Shown here: in pieces, positions 42,819 to 52,464 of the stretch
How positions within the stretch are numbered: position 1 is the stretch's first letter
Layout: every line of letters starts with the position of its first letter
Assembly: GCA_963848295.1 (NCBI GenBank)
Contig: CAWKDB010000010.1
Location: 4,704,001-4,768,000, forward strand
DNA: 64,000 bases
Source of the DNA: an uncultured delta proteobacterium
Lineage (GTDB): Bacteria > Myxococcota_A > Polyangia > Haliangiales > Haliangiaceae
Direction: 5' to 3'
Made by a program: the position numbers and the translations under genes
The notes under the pieces: generated by a model
Databases searched by the model: none
Seen by the model: the letters and a program-made list of their open reading frames with translations, nothing else
What the model was told of the DNA's origin: nothing

Positions 42819-43931
42819 TCAGCCGTGGTGGTGCGGGTTCTTCGAACGGGTTTGCGCCATCAAGTAGTCGCGTTGTTCGCGGAGGTTCCACGGCAGCTGT
42901 TCGTAGACATCGTCGAACAGCGACTCGACCGGTGGCGCGTGCTTGCGATCCGACGCGGCGAGCGCATCGGTGATCTCTTGGTTGTAGCGATCGGAGATCT
43001 CCTTCTCCCATGCCTCGGCCCACAGCCCGCGATGCCGCAGGTAGCCGCGCAACCGATTGATCGGATCCTTCTTCTCCCAGATCAGCGGCTCGTTCGGATC
43101 GCGGTACACCGACGGATCGTCGGAGCTCGAGTGACCTTGCACGCGATACGTCAACGCTTCGATCAGCGTCGGCCCAGCGCCGGCACGCGCACGGTCGATC
43201 GCTTCGCTCGCGACTTGCCAGACCGCGAGCAGATCGTTGCCGTCGACGCGGATGCCGGGCATGCCGTAGCCGACCGCCTTGCTCGCGAACGACTTCGCCG
43301 CGGTTTGGGTCGAGCTCGGCACGCTGATCGCCCAGCCGTTGTTGCGGCACATGAAGATCACCGGCGCCTTCCATACCCCCGCGAAGTTCATCCCGACATG
43401 GAACTCGCCCGTCGACGACGTGCCCTCGCCGAAATACACCATCGCGACGTCGTCCTTGCCGAGCACCTTCGCGGCGTAGGCCGCGCCGACCGCCTGAGGG
43501 ATCTGGGTGCCGACCGGCGAGCTGATCGACACGAGATGCAACCAGTTCGCCGAGTGGTGCACCGGCATCTGCCGGCCTTTGATCGGATCGTCCTCGTTGC
43601 CGAACATCTGATCGACGAACTGTTGGACGGTATAGCCGCGCCAGAACCAGGCGCCCTGCTCGCGATAGCTCGGGAAGATCCAGTCGCTGTCGCGCAACGC
43701 TGCGACCGCGAAGTGGCTGGCCTCCTCGCCGATCGCCTTCATGTAGAACCCGAGCCGGCCTTGGCGCTGCAGCCGCATCATCCGGTCGTCCATGATGCGA
43801 ACCAGCATCATGTTGTCGAAGATCTTCTGAAGCGTGGCGTCCGGGATGCTCGGCACCTTCGCGCCGGGCAACGGTTTTCCGTCGTCATCGAGGACGCGAC
43901 GCAGATCGTCTTGCGCAGGGACAGCGACCAT
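42819..43931 (-). CDS. 2-oxoacid dehydrogenase E1 alpha subunit (branched-chain type likely)
   Basis: LQRQGRLGFY, KGRQMPVH, GEGTSSTGEFH..NNGWAIS, YRVQGHSSSDD. Confidence 0.95.
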   Translation of the reverse strand: MVAVPAQDDLRRVLDDDGKPLPGAKVPSIPDATLQKIFDNMMLVRIMDDRMMRLQRQGRLGFYMKAIGEEASHFAVAALRDSDWIFPSYREQGAWFWRGYTVQQFVDQMFGNEDDPIKGRQMPVHHSANWLHLVSISSPVGTQIPQAVGAAYAAKVLGKDDVAMVYFGEGTSSTGEFHVGMNFAGVWKAPVIFMCRNNGWAISVPSSTQTAAKSFASKAVGYGMPGIRVDGNDLLAVWQVASEAIDRARAGAGPTLIEALTYRVQGHSSSDDPSVYRDPNEPLIWEKKDPINRLRGYLRHRGLWAEAWEKEISDRYNQEITDALAASDRKHAPPVESLFDDVYEQLPWNLREQRDYLMAQTRSKNPHHHG

Positions 43932-43960
43932 GGCTCCTCCGAGCTTTAGGCCGGTTGGTG

Positions 43961-44229
<269 letters not shown>

Positions 44230-44233
<4 letters not shown>

Positions 44234-45006
44234 GACGCCGGTCGCTCGAGCCACGGCGCCTGCGCTGCATTCGCGATCGTCGGCGCGGTGCACGCGCGGA
44301 GGTACGTCCACATCCCGCCGTCGTAGCGGCACGGCAGCGACCACGCCTCGTCCGGCATCGTCGTGAGGTTGCCGTTGGCAAACCGGGTCAACCACCAGTA
44401 AGGCGGCCAGTCGAGCGACCACACGACCTGCGCGCGGACCGGGCGATTCGCGCGATCGCGACCTGGTTCGAAGGTCAGCTCGAACGCGGCGCGCACCGCG
44501 ATCGCATCGAGGTCATACCCCGGGCGATCGAGCAGCTTCACACGCGTGACGACGCCGGACGTCGAGACATCGAGCAGCAGCCAGGCACGTAGCCACGCGT
44601 TGTGATCGGTGGCGGCGGACGAGTACGCCGGGATCGTCGGTCGGTGCACCGGCTTCGGCATCACGGCAGGCGCGATCGCTTCACGTAGCTCGATCGCTTC
44701 GCCGGTGCTCGCCGCTCCGCTCGATGTGGTCGTGCCGCTGATCCTGAGGTCGCCGTAGACGTAGACGAACGCGGGCGCGTTGCTGACCTCGACGCGGTAG
44801 TCGCCGTGGCGATCGGTCTTGAGGGTGCGCTCGCCGGTGGTGCGCGAGGCGACGTGGACCTCGGCTCCCGCTCGCGCACGGCCTGCGCCATCGGTGACGC
44901 GGCCGGCGAGCTGACCATCGCCGGCGACGAAGCCGTGGACCTCACCATCGGCGACGGCGTTTCCGCCGAACGCGAGAGCTGCGGCGATCGCGAGTGTGAT
45001 TCGCAT
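44230..45006 (-). CDS. Secreted protein with carboxypeptidase-regulatory-like and TonB C-terminal-like domains
   Basis: Signal peptide; GRVTDGAG..KTDRHGDY; LLDVSTSGVVTRVKLL..GYDLDAIAVRAA..FEPGRD. Confidence 0.7.
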
Positions 45007-45140
45007 GAGTGAACTATCGCGCTGGCCACATCGCGATCCGCGAATCCGCGCTGACACCGGCTGCGCAGCCGTCGTTCGCGCGTCGCGCGTGGTGTCGCAC
45101 GCGCCTTGCTTGGCTGCTCGCTGCCGTGCAAAGTGCCGGA

Positions 45141-45761
45141 GTGATCTGGATCCTGCTCGTCGTGCTGACCATCATCGGCGGTGTCGCCGCGGTCGGCATC
45201 GCGGGCGGCGATCGCCGTAAGGCTCTCGCTGGCGGGGGCGCGAAGTTGCTAGCCGCGGGGAGCGACAAGCTGCTCGAGCGCACGGTCCACGACCTGCGCG
45301 TCGATGACGTCGTGACGATCGACGGCAAGGACTTCGTGTGCGAGGGTGCGATCGCGTACGACGAAGATGGCCATCGCTGGCTCGCGGGGCGTTGTGTCGA
45401 TGGCGCCGACGTTCGATGGATCGTGGTCGGCATCGAGCGCGCCGGCGGCGGGATTCGGCTGCTGGTCCAAGACGACGCGACGCAAGTCACCAGCTATCCG
45501 CCGGAGGCCCTCGTGATCGGCGCGACCCGATACGTGCTCGACAAGCGAGGCACCGCGACCTGCGAGCTGCGCGGCGATGTCGGTTCGCTCGGCGATCTGA
45601 AGAAGGATCGACCCGAGGGCCACGTCGAGCGCTGCCGGTGGTGGTTGTACTCCGCGCCGGGTGACGACACCGTGCTCGTCGAGCAATGGGGCGCGGACTT
45701 TCGCGTGCTCGTCGGCAAGAAGGTCGGCGACGCCGTGATCGAGCTGATCCCGGGCAGCTAG
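45141..45761 (+). CDS. DUF4178-like membrane-anchored protein
   Basis: N-terminal TM segment; DLRVDDVVTIDGKDFVCEGAIAYDEDGHRW; LVEQWG..GK..IELIPG. Confidence 0.7.
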   Translation: MIWILLVVLTIIGGVAAVGIAGGDRRKALAGGGAKLLAAGSDKLLERTVHDLRVDDVVTIDGKDFVCEGAIAYDEDGHRWLAGRCVDGADVRWIVVGIERAGGGIRLLVQDDATQVTSYPPEALVIGATRYVLDKRGTATCELRGDVGSLGDLKKDRPEGHVERCRWWLYSAPGDDTVLVEQWGADFRVLVGKKVGDAVIELIPGS

Positions 45762-45768
45762 ATCCAAC

Positions 45769-46068
45769 GTCGACATTGACGTGAACTTGAACCTGAACTC
45801 CACCGTTGAGTTTGACGTCGACGAGCTATCACGATCTCCACACTCTTCGCGCCACCGCGCTTGACCGTTGTCGTCCGTGCCTTCAGGGGCCCTGACAGGC
45901 CTGGTTCGCGTACTTGATGCAGAGTAGCGCCTTGTCATGGTCCGAGCCGTGACCGTGGATCGAGCAAGAGTACTCATCTCGCCCGAGCGGCTCACTGATC
46001 ACAGTCATCGGTCCGTCGAGGTCGATGACCACGGTAGCGTTCAAGTTGAAGTTCAGGTCAACGTCAAT
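45769..46068. repeat. Imperfect 54-bp inverted repeat built of NTNRAC hexamers, between convergent genes
   Basis: 45769-45822 vs the reverse complement of 46015-46068: 40/54 identical by hand alignment. Confidence 0.75.
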
Positions 46069-46091
46069 GACCCACGGACCACGCGAGGCAG

Positions 46092-47237
46092 CTAGCGCGG
46101 CAGGTCGAACGTGAACGTCGTGCCCTGGCCGACCTGCGACGCGACCTTGAGCTGACCGCCGTAGCTCTCGACGATCTCGCGCGCGACCGGCAGGCCGAGC
46201 CCGGTGCCGCGGTCTTCGCTCTTTGTCGTGAAGAACGGCGTGAAGATCTGCGCGAGCAGCTCGGGCGACATGCCGCTGCCGTTGTCGCGCACTTCGCATA
46301 CCGCACGTTTGCCGTCGCCGCTCGGCTTGACGGTCAGCGTGATCGCGCCGTTGTCGCCGATCGCGTCGACCGCGTTGACGAGCAGGTTGACGAGAATTTG
46401 CTCGATCCGCGTGCGGTTGACGGTGACGATCAGCGGCTCGGACCCGAGCTCCATCGCGAGCTCGATCCGGCCGAGCTTGCCGGCACCGCGCAACATCGTC
46501 GCGACGTCGCGCGCGACCGTGTTGAGATCGAGCTCGCCGACGTGATCCGGACCGGGTCGAGCGAGCTGCATCAGCCGTTGCCCGTGCGCGCTGATGTGCT
46601 CGCCGACGCGCTCGAGATCGGGCAGGATCTGGCGGGCGAGCGCTTCGATGTCCTCGTGCTCGGCGAGCGCGGTCTGCAGCTCGTCGACCGCGGCGACCTG
46701 GATCTGCGCGATGTTGCGGAGCTCGTGACCTACGCCGCCGGCGAGCGTGCCCAACGTCGCGCGCCGCTCGGCGAGCAGCAGCTGCTTGCGCGCGTCGTCG
46801 AGCTGCTGCTCGATCGAGGCCTTCGCCTTGCGCAGCTCGTCCTCGGCGCTGCGCCGCGCACCGATCTCGGCCTCCTTGTCGGCGAGGAGCTGGCGGATCT
46901 CGCGGATGTCGCGCGCGACCAACACGATCCCGACGAGCTCGCCCCGCGCGCCCATCACGGGCGAGCCGGTGACCGACACCGGGATGCGCTGCTTGCCGGT
47001 CGTGACGAGCCACGACTCCTCGCGCCGCAACACGTCGCCTTCTTCGATCCGGCGGCGCACGATCGTGCGCAGCCCGGAGCTCTCGTCGATCAGCAACTTG
47101 CCGACTTGCATGCCCTTCAACGCTTCGCGCGGATGCCCCGAGAGGTGCGACGCGGCGGTGTTCGCCATCGCGATGCGGCCATCGGCGTCGACGACGAGCA
47201 CCGCGTCAACCATCGCCTCGATCACGAACTCGACCAC
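46092..47237 (-). CDS. Cytoplasmic PAS-domain sensor histidine kinase
   Basis: PAS domain, H-box GVGHELRN, N-box NLLVNAVDA, DNGSG, FTPFFTTK, GTGLGL. Confidence 0.95.
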   Translation of the reverse strand: MVEFVIEAMVDAVLVVDADGRIAMANTAASHLSGHPREALKGMQVGKLLIDESSGLRTIVRRRIEEGDVLRREESWLVTTGKQRIPVSVTGSPVMGARGELVGIVLVARDIREIRQLLADKEAEIGARRSAEDELRKAKASIEQQLDDARKQLLLAERRATLGTLAGGVGHELRNIAQIQVAAVDELQTALAEHEDIEALARQILPDLERVGEHISAHGQRLMQLARPGPDHVGELDLNTVARDVATMLRGAGKLGRIELAMELGSEPLIVTVNRTRIEQILVNLLVNAVDAIGDNGAITLTVKPSGDGKRAVCEVRDNGSGMSPELLAQIFTPFFTTKSEDRGTGLGLPVAREIVESYGGQLKVASQVGQGTTFTFDLPR

Positions 47238-47277
47238 GGAGCGGTGACCGTAGCACGCGGCGCGCTACATTCGCGAC

Positions 47278-50200
47278 GTGGCCCGTTGCGCGACCTGTCA
47301 CCGCCGGCTCGATTCGGGACAGCCGTGTCCGGTCCACGGTGGGCTCGCGAGCGAGCCGTCGGCGCCGGATCCGGAACGTCCGGCGTGGCCCGAGGCGCTC
47401 GGCGATTGTCTCGGCTCGGGTGGGTTCGCCGCCGTGTGGGAGATCGAGATGGGCTCCGATCTCGGGCCCGCGCGCGTGCTCAAGCTCGCGCACGCGAATC
47501 ACGAGCTCGAGCGCGCGCGCATGGTGCGCGAAGCGGAGGCGATGGTCGCGATCGGCGCGCCGGCGGTGCCACGCGTGTTCGATGCTGGCGTCACCTCGGA
47601 TGGCCGCGCGTGGATCACGATGCAGCGGATCGCCGGCACGACGCTCGCCGACCTCACGATGAACGGCCCGTGTCGACCCGCCGAGGCGATCCAGCTCGGC
47701 ATCGCGATCCTCGACGCTCTCGTCGCGATCCACGCCGCGGGCTTCGCTCATCGCGACCTCAAGCCGGACAACCTCGTGCGCACGCCGAACGGCGCGGTCG
47801 TGATCCTGGACCTCGGGCTCGCGCGCAAGCTGCCGACCGATCCGGACGATCCGACGCGCGCCGGCGTCCAGGTCGGCTCGCTCGAGTACATGCCACCCGA
47901 GCAAGCGCGCGATTCCGCGACCGCCGACGAGCGCTCCGATATCTATGCGTTCGGTTGCGTGTTGTACGAGCTCGTGACCGGCCGGCCGCCGTTCCTCGGC
48001 GATGCCGCGGCGCTCGAGCGTGCACACCAGGCCTTGCGTCCACCGCCGGCGCGCGCGCTCGCAACCGTGTCGGCGGTGGTCGAGTCGCTGTGCCAGGACT
48101 GCCTCGCGAAGCGGCCCGAGCTGCGACCGACGAGCGCGGCGGCCCGCGCGCGGTTGATCGCGGCGCGCGACGAGCAATCGCCGGTGCAGATGACGCACTC
48201 GATGTCGATGATCCGCGAGGGCAAGCAGCCGGTCGTGCTGCTGTGGGCGGAGCTCCCGCGCGTCGATCGCGCGTTGCTCGGCCTCCTGGCCGCGCGCAAG
48301 CTGACGACCGCGTCGCAACGCGGCCGGCGCGTGCTCGCCGGTGCGCTCGCGACCGAGCACCCCGATCCGGCGGCGGCTGCAATCGCTGCGGCGCGCGAGC
48401 TCGTCGCCGCTGGCGCTCGGGTCGCGCTGCACCTCGATGCGGTCGGCGTCGGCTCGACCTCCGGGGTCACGACGTTGCACGGCGCGCCGGTCGAGCAGCC
48501 GGAGACTTGGCTGCCGACCGAGACGTGGACCGGCGTGGTCATGACCGGCGCGCTCGCGAGCGTCGCGCAGGTGCCGACGCGGCGCTTGCTCGGCAGCGAT
48601 CTCCACGCTCTCGCCGAACAGGGCGAGGTCGCCGAACTGTTCGGGCGCGAAGCATTGCTCACCGATCTCGTCGCCGATGCCGCCGCCGTGCTGCGCGCGC
48701 CCGGCGGTGTCGCCGCCGCGACGTGGAGCTCGCCGGGTCCTGCGTTCGCGCTCGCGATCGGCGACCCGGGCGCCGGCAAGACCGCGTTCGCGACCGAGCT
48801 CGCTCGCCGGTTGCGCGACCTCGGCGCGCGCGTTCACATCGGCGCGATCCCCGCGCCCGGATCGGGCAAGCCTGGAGCGTCCGCGTTCGCCGAGCTGATC
48901 GGCACGCCGGACGGCCCGATCGTGCGCGGCGTCGGCGATGCGCTGCGCGCGATCGCCCGGCGCGAACCGCTCGCGGTGATCGTCGACGATCTGCACTACG
49001 CCGATCACGATCTGCTCGATGCGCTCGAGTACGCGACGCTCGGCGGCGAGCCGTTGCGGTTCTGGTTGCTCGGCATCGCGGGCACGCGGCTCGAAGCGCG
49101 CCGCGTCGGCCTCGGCACGCGCGCCGATCGCCACCGCCGCGACGTCTTGGGCCCGCTCGACGACGACGCGGCGGTCGCGATGGCCACCGCGCTGCTCCGC
49201 CCCGCCGACTATCCGCCATTGCGCGCGCTGCGCCGCCTCACGAGCCTCGCGCACGGCAACCCGCTTCACCTGTCGATGCTCGTCAAAGAAGTCCACGGCC
49301 GCGGCGCGATTCGGCCGCGCCCGGGCGGTGGCTTCATGCTCGACACCAGCGCGCTCGACGACCTCGAGCCGATCGCGCTCGGGCCATGGCTCGCGGCGCG
49401 CCAGATCGCCGGCCTCGCACCCGAGGTCGTCGCGCTCGCGCGGGTGTGCGCGGTGCTCGGCGGCGAGCTGCGGCGCAGCGAGCTCGCCGCGGTGCTCGAA
49501 GCGGTCGAACGCCGTGGCGGAGCGACGACGACCGTGGATCTCGACGTCGGCCTCCGCGAGCTCGTCGGTGCCGGCGTGCTAGTCGCGAACGAAGGCGGTT
49601 GGCGGTTCGCGCAGCCGCTCGTCGAGGACGGGCTGTACGCGACGACCGACGACGCGGAGCGCCGCGCGATCCACGAGGCGGCGCTCGAGCTGCTCCGCAC
49701 ACGGCCGCTCGTCGAGCCCGGGGTCGCCGAGCGCGTCGCGGCCCATGCCGAGGCGGTCGGTACGCGCGCGGTCGCTGCCGAAGCGTTCGCCATGATCGGC
49801 GAAGTCGCCGAGCGCGAGCATCGCGCTCTCGAGGCCGACCAAGCGTTTTCGGGCGCCGTGCGCAACCTCGACGCCGGCGTTGCTCGTGCGTGCGTACTCC
49901 TCGGCCGAGGTCGTGCGCGATATCGGCTACAACGTATGCGGGATGCGCTCGACGACTTCGCTGCAGCCCGTGCGATTGCGGCCGACTGCCAGAACGTCGA
50001 GCTCGAGCTGGCGATCCTGACCGAGCAAGCGACTGCCTACGACTGGAGCGATGACTACGCGCGTTCCGCCGGGATTGCAGCGGAGATTCGCCAGCGCCGC
50101 ACCGATGTCGGCGTTGCGTCATTTGCGCCCGAGCTCGCGCTCGCGGAGGCCCGCATCGTCTACCGCAACGCAAAGTACGCGGACGCCGTCCCGCTCTTGC

Positions 50201-50964
50201 AGGCGGCCCTCGAGCTCGCGAAGAACAGCTCACGGGTCGAGACCGAGACCGTCGCCTCGGTACTTCTCGCGCCCGCGCTCGTAGAGGCAGGTCGGTTATC
50301 CGAAGCGGAGGTCGCGTTCGAGCACGTCATCCGATTGTGCACGGAGCGCGGCGATCGCTTTCATCTCGGCGCAGCCTACGCGAACCGCACGTGGCTATGG
50401 GCCGCGCGCGGTGAGCTCGACAGGGTCGCCGTTGATCTTGGACTCGTGATCCAGCTCGCGCGCGAAGATGGTCAAGCTAGTCTTGAGCGCATCGCGACCT
50501 ATAACCTCGCCGAGGAGATGTTGTGGCAGGGAAGGTTGGATGGCGCGCTCCAACTCGCCCGCCGCGCCCTGTCTTTGCAGCAAAGCCATGGTGAGGGCAC
50601 GGTCTGGCCCGACCAACTGATCCTCGCTCGGACACTCGCCGCACGCGGCGACGATCGCGAGCTTCTCTCGCTGTTGGAGTCGATCGACGCCACCGCACTG
50701 AGCGATGAGCCATCCGCCATTTTCGCGGTGCTTCGTTGTGCCGCCGAGCGGCGAGACGCCGCTGCGTGGAGTGCCGCGATACATCGCGCCTATCGATTCG
50801 TCGTCGATCCGCTCAAGGTCGAGCTTGCCAACCTCGCAGCAGCACATGGCGCGCTCGCGGCCGATGATCGCGCCAACGCGCTCGCCCTGGCACAGCAGCA
50901 TCCGGTGTGGTCGCGGCGGATTCGCGAGCTAGCGCTGTTTGACGAAGTTTCGGTGTCGACGTAA
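47278..50964 (+). CDS. Ser/Thr kinase fused to an AAA/STAND-like NTPase and TPR-like repeats
   Basis: N-terminal CxxC..CxxH; GSGGFAAV, HRDLKPDN, DLG, YMPPE; Walker A GDPGAGKT, Walker B VIVDDLHYAD, GNPLHL; helical C-terminus. Confidence 0.9.
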   Translation: MARCATCHRRLDSGQPCPVHGGLASEPSAPDPERPAWPEALGDCLGSGGFAAVWEIEMGSDLGPARVLKLAHANHELERARMVREAEAMVAIGAPAVPRVFDAGVTSDGRAWITMQRIAGTTLADLTMNGPCRPAEAIQLGIAILDALVAIHAAGFAHRDLKPDNLVRTPNGAVVILDLGLARKLPTDPDDPTRAGVQVGSLEYMPPEQARDSATADERSDIYAFGCVLYELVTGRPPFLGDAAALERAHQALRPPPARALATVSAVVESLCQDCLAKRPELRPTSAAARARLIAARDEQSPVQMTHSMSMIREGKQPVVLLWAELPRVDRALLGLLAARKLTTASQRGRRVLAGALATEHPDPAAAAIAAARELVAAGARVALHLDAVGVGSTSGVTTLHGAPVEQPETWLPTETWTGVVMTGALASVAQVPTRRLLGSDLHALAEQGEVAELFGREALLTDLVADAAAVLRAPGGVAAATWSSPGPAFALAIGDPGAGKTAFATELARRLRDLGARVHIGAIPAPGSGKPGASAFAELIGTPDGPIVRGVGDALRAIARREPLAVIVDDLHYADHDLLDALEYATLGGEPLRFWLLGIAGTRLEARRVGLGTRADRHRRDVLGPLDDDAAVAMATALLRPADYPPLRALRRLTSLAHGNPLHLSMLVKEVHGRGAIRPRPGGGFMLDTSALDDLEPIALGPWLAARQIAGLAPEVVALARVCAVLGGELRRSELAAVLEAVERRGGATTTVDLDVGLRELVGAGVLVANEGGWRFAQPLVEDGLYATTDDAERRAIHEAALELLRTRPLVEPGVAERVAAHAEAVGTRAVAAEAFAMIGEVAEREHRALEADQAFSGAVRNLDAGVARACVLLGRGRARYRLQRMRDALDDFAAARAIAADCQNVELELAILTEQATAYDWSDDYARSAGIAAEIRQRRTDVGVASFAPELALAEARIVYRNAKYADAVPLLQAALELAKNSSRVETETVASVLLAPALVEAGRLSEAEVAFEHVIRLCTERGDRFHLGAAYANRTWLWAARGELDRVAVDLGLVIQLAREDGQASLERIATYNLAEEMLWQGRLDGALQLARRALSLQQSHGEGTVWPDQLILARTLAARGDDRELLSLLESIDATALSDEPSAIFAVLRCAAERRDAAAWSAAIHRAYRFVVDPLKVELANLAAAHGALAADDRANALALAQQHPVWSRRIRELALFDEVSVST

Positions 50965-51138
50965 GGCCGCGAGACAGCACTCGCTCCGGTACGGGCGGCA
51001 GGTCGCACTATGGGGCATATACGGACGCGATGACCGACTTGCTGCCGTGACGCGTGGGGTGTGCGCGACACCCACGTCGGCGCTACTCAGATACGTCGCG
51101 CATGAACGCAAGGAGAGTTACGCTATTAAGGACCATCG

Positions 51139-52353
51139 ATGAGTGACAGTCGTCGCCGCAAGCAAAGCACGAGCGCAGCACAAGCGTTGATCGGAAGCGA
51201 GACCCCGTTCGTGGCCGGCTATCGCATCGAGCGAATGCTCGGCGAAGGCGGCTTCGGTCAAGTCTGGCGCGCGGAACGCGAGGACGGGAGCCTCGTCGCG
51301 ATCAAGATACTCCACCCGGAGCTCGTGCGATCGATCGACGCGATGACGAGGTTCGAACGCGAGCTGTCTGCGATCGAACGCCTCGATCACCGCAATGTCG
51401 TGCGCGCGTACGATCACGGCGCCCTGCCCGATGGCCGGCCGTTCCTCGTGCTCGAGTACATCGAGGGTCCGAGCTTGCGCGACGTGATCAACGAGCGCGG
51501 CGCCCTCGCTCCGCGCGACATGCTCGCGATCCTCGAGCCGCTATGCGAAGCATTGTCGGCGGCGCATGCGCAGGGGCTCGTACATCGCGATGTCAAGGCG
51601 TCGAACGTGATCATCGGTCACGACGCACAAGGCCCGCGGCCGGTCCTCCTCGATTTCGGGCTCGTCAAGCTGCTCGATCAAGCGGGCCCGGGCCTCACCT
51701 CGTCGCGCAACATGCTCGGCACGCCGGCTGCGATGGCGCCGGAGCAACTGCGCGGACAACCCGTCGATGCGCGCACCGACGTCTACGCGCTCGGTCTGCT
51801 CGCCTATCACATGCTCACCGCGGCGCCCGCCTACGGCGGTGGCCCGGGCGTCGTGCAGACCTATCTACAAGTCAGCGGTCCGAGGCCGCGCCCGTCGAGC
51901 AAGGTCGATATCGATCCGGCGATCGACGTGCCGATCGGCCGCGCGCTGACCAGCGATCCAGCGGGTCGGTTCGCGCACGCGATCGAGCTAGCCGAAGCGT
52001 TGCGCCAAGTGATCGCGCCAACCGGCGCCGGAGCCGAGCAAGACGTCGTCGCGATCTACATCGAAGCGCAGCCCTCCGAGATCGCGCGCCTCACCGCCGC
52101 GGCGACCGAAGCCGGGATGACGATCGCGGTTGCGGCGCCGGATAGCATGCTCGCCGTCGCCGGCAGAGATCGCGATCTGTCCGCCGTTCGGACACGGCTT
52201 ATCGAAGTGGCAAACGGCGGCGCGCGCGTTGCGATGGGGATCACCCGTGCGTCCATATGCGGCAGTGTCGTTGATGGACCTGCCCTCGATGTCGAAGGCT
52301 GGGCCAACTACCCGCTTGATGTCGGCTTCTGGATCGCACCTGAGCTGACGTAG
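51139..52353 (+). CDS. Ser/Thr protein kinase with a short C-terminal alpha/beta domain
   Basis: GEGGFGQV, VAIK, HRDVKASN, DFG, GTPAAMAPE, DVYALG. Confidence 0.93.
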   Translation: MSDSRRRKQSTSAAQALIGSETPFVAGYRIERMLGEGGFGQVWRAEREDGSLVAIKILHPELVRSIDAMTRFERELSAIERLDHRNVVRAYDHGALPDGRPFLVLEYIEGPSLRDVINERGALAPRDMLAILEPLCEALSAAHAQGLVHRDVKASNVIIGHDAQGPRPVLLDFGLVKLLDQAGPGLTSSRNMLGTPAAMAPEQLRGQPVDARTDVYALGLLAYHMLTAAPAYGGGPGVVQTYLQVSGPRPRPSSKVDIDPAIDVPIGRALTSDPAGRFAHAIELAEALRQVIAPTGAGAEQDVVAIYIEAQPSEIARLTAAATEAGMTIAVAAPDSMLAVAGRDRDLSAVRTRLIEVANGGARVAMGITRASICGSVVDGPALDVEGWANYPLDVGFWIAPELT

Positions 52354-52464
52354 GTACGCGGCACACCGACGGAATTCGGCTCCGGTCGACTACGAGTTCC
52401 TTGCATCCCACCCGAGCGACGCGTCATCTTGGTGATGGTCGCTCTTTTCCTTGGGAGGTACGCG

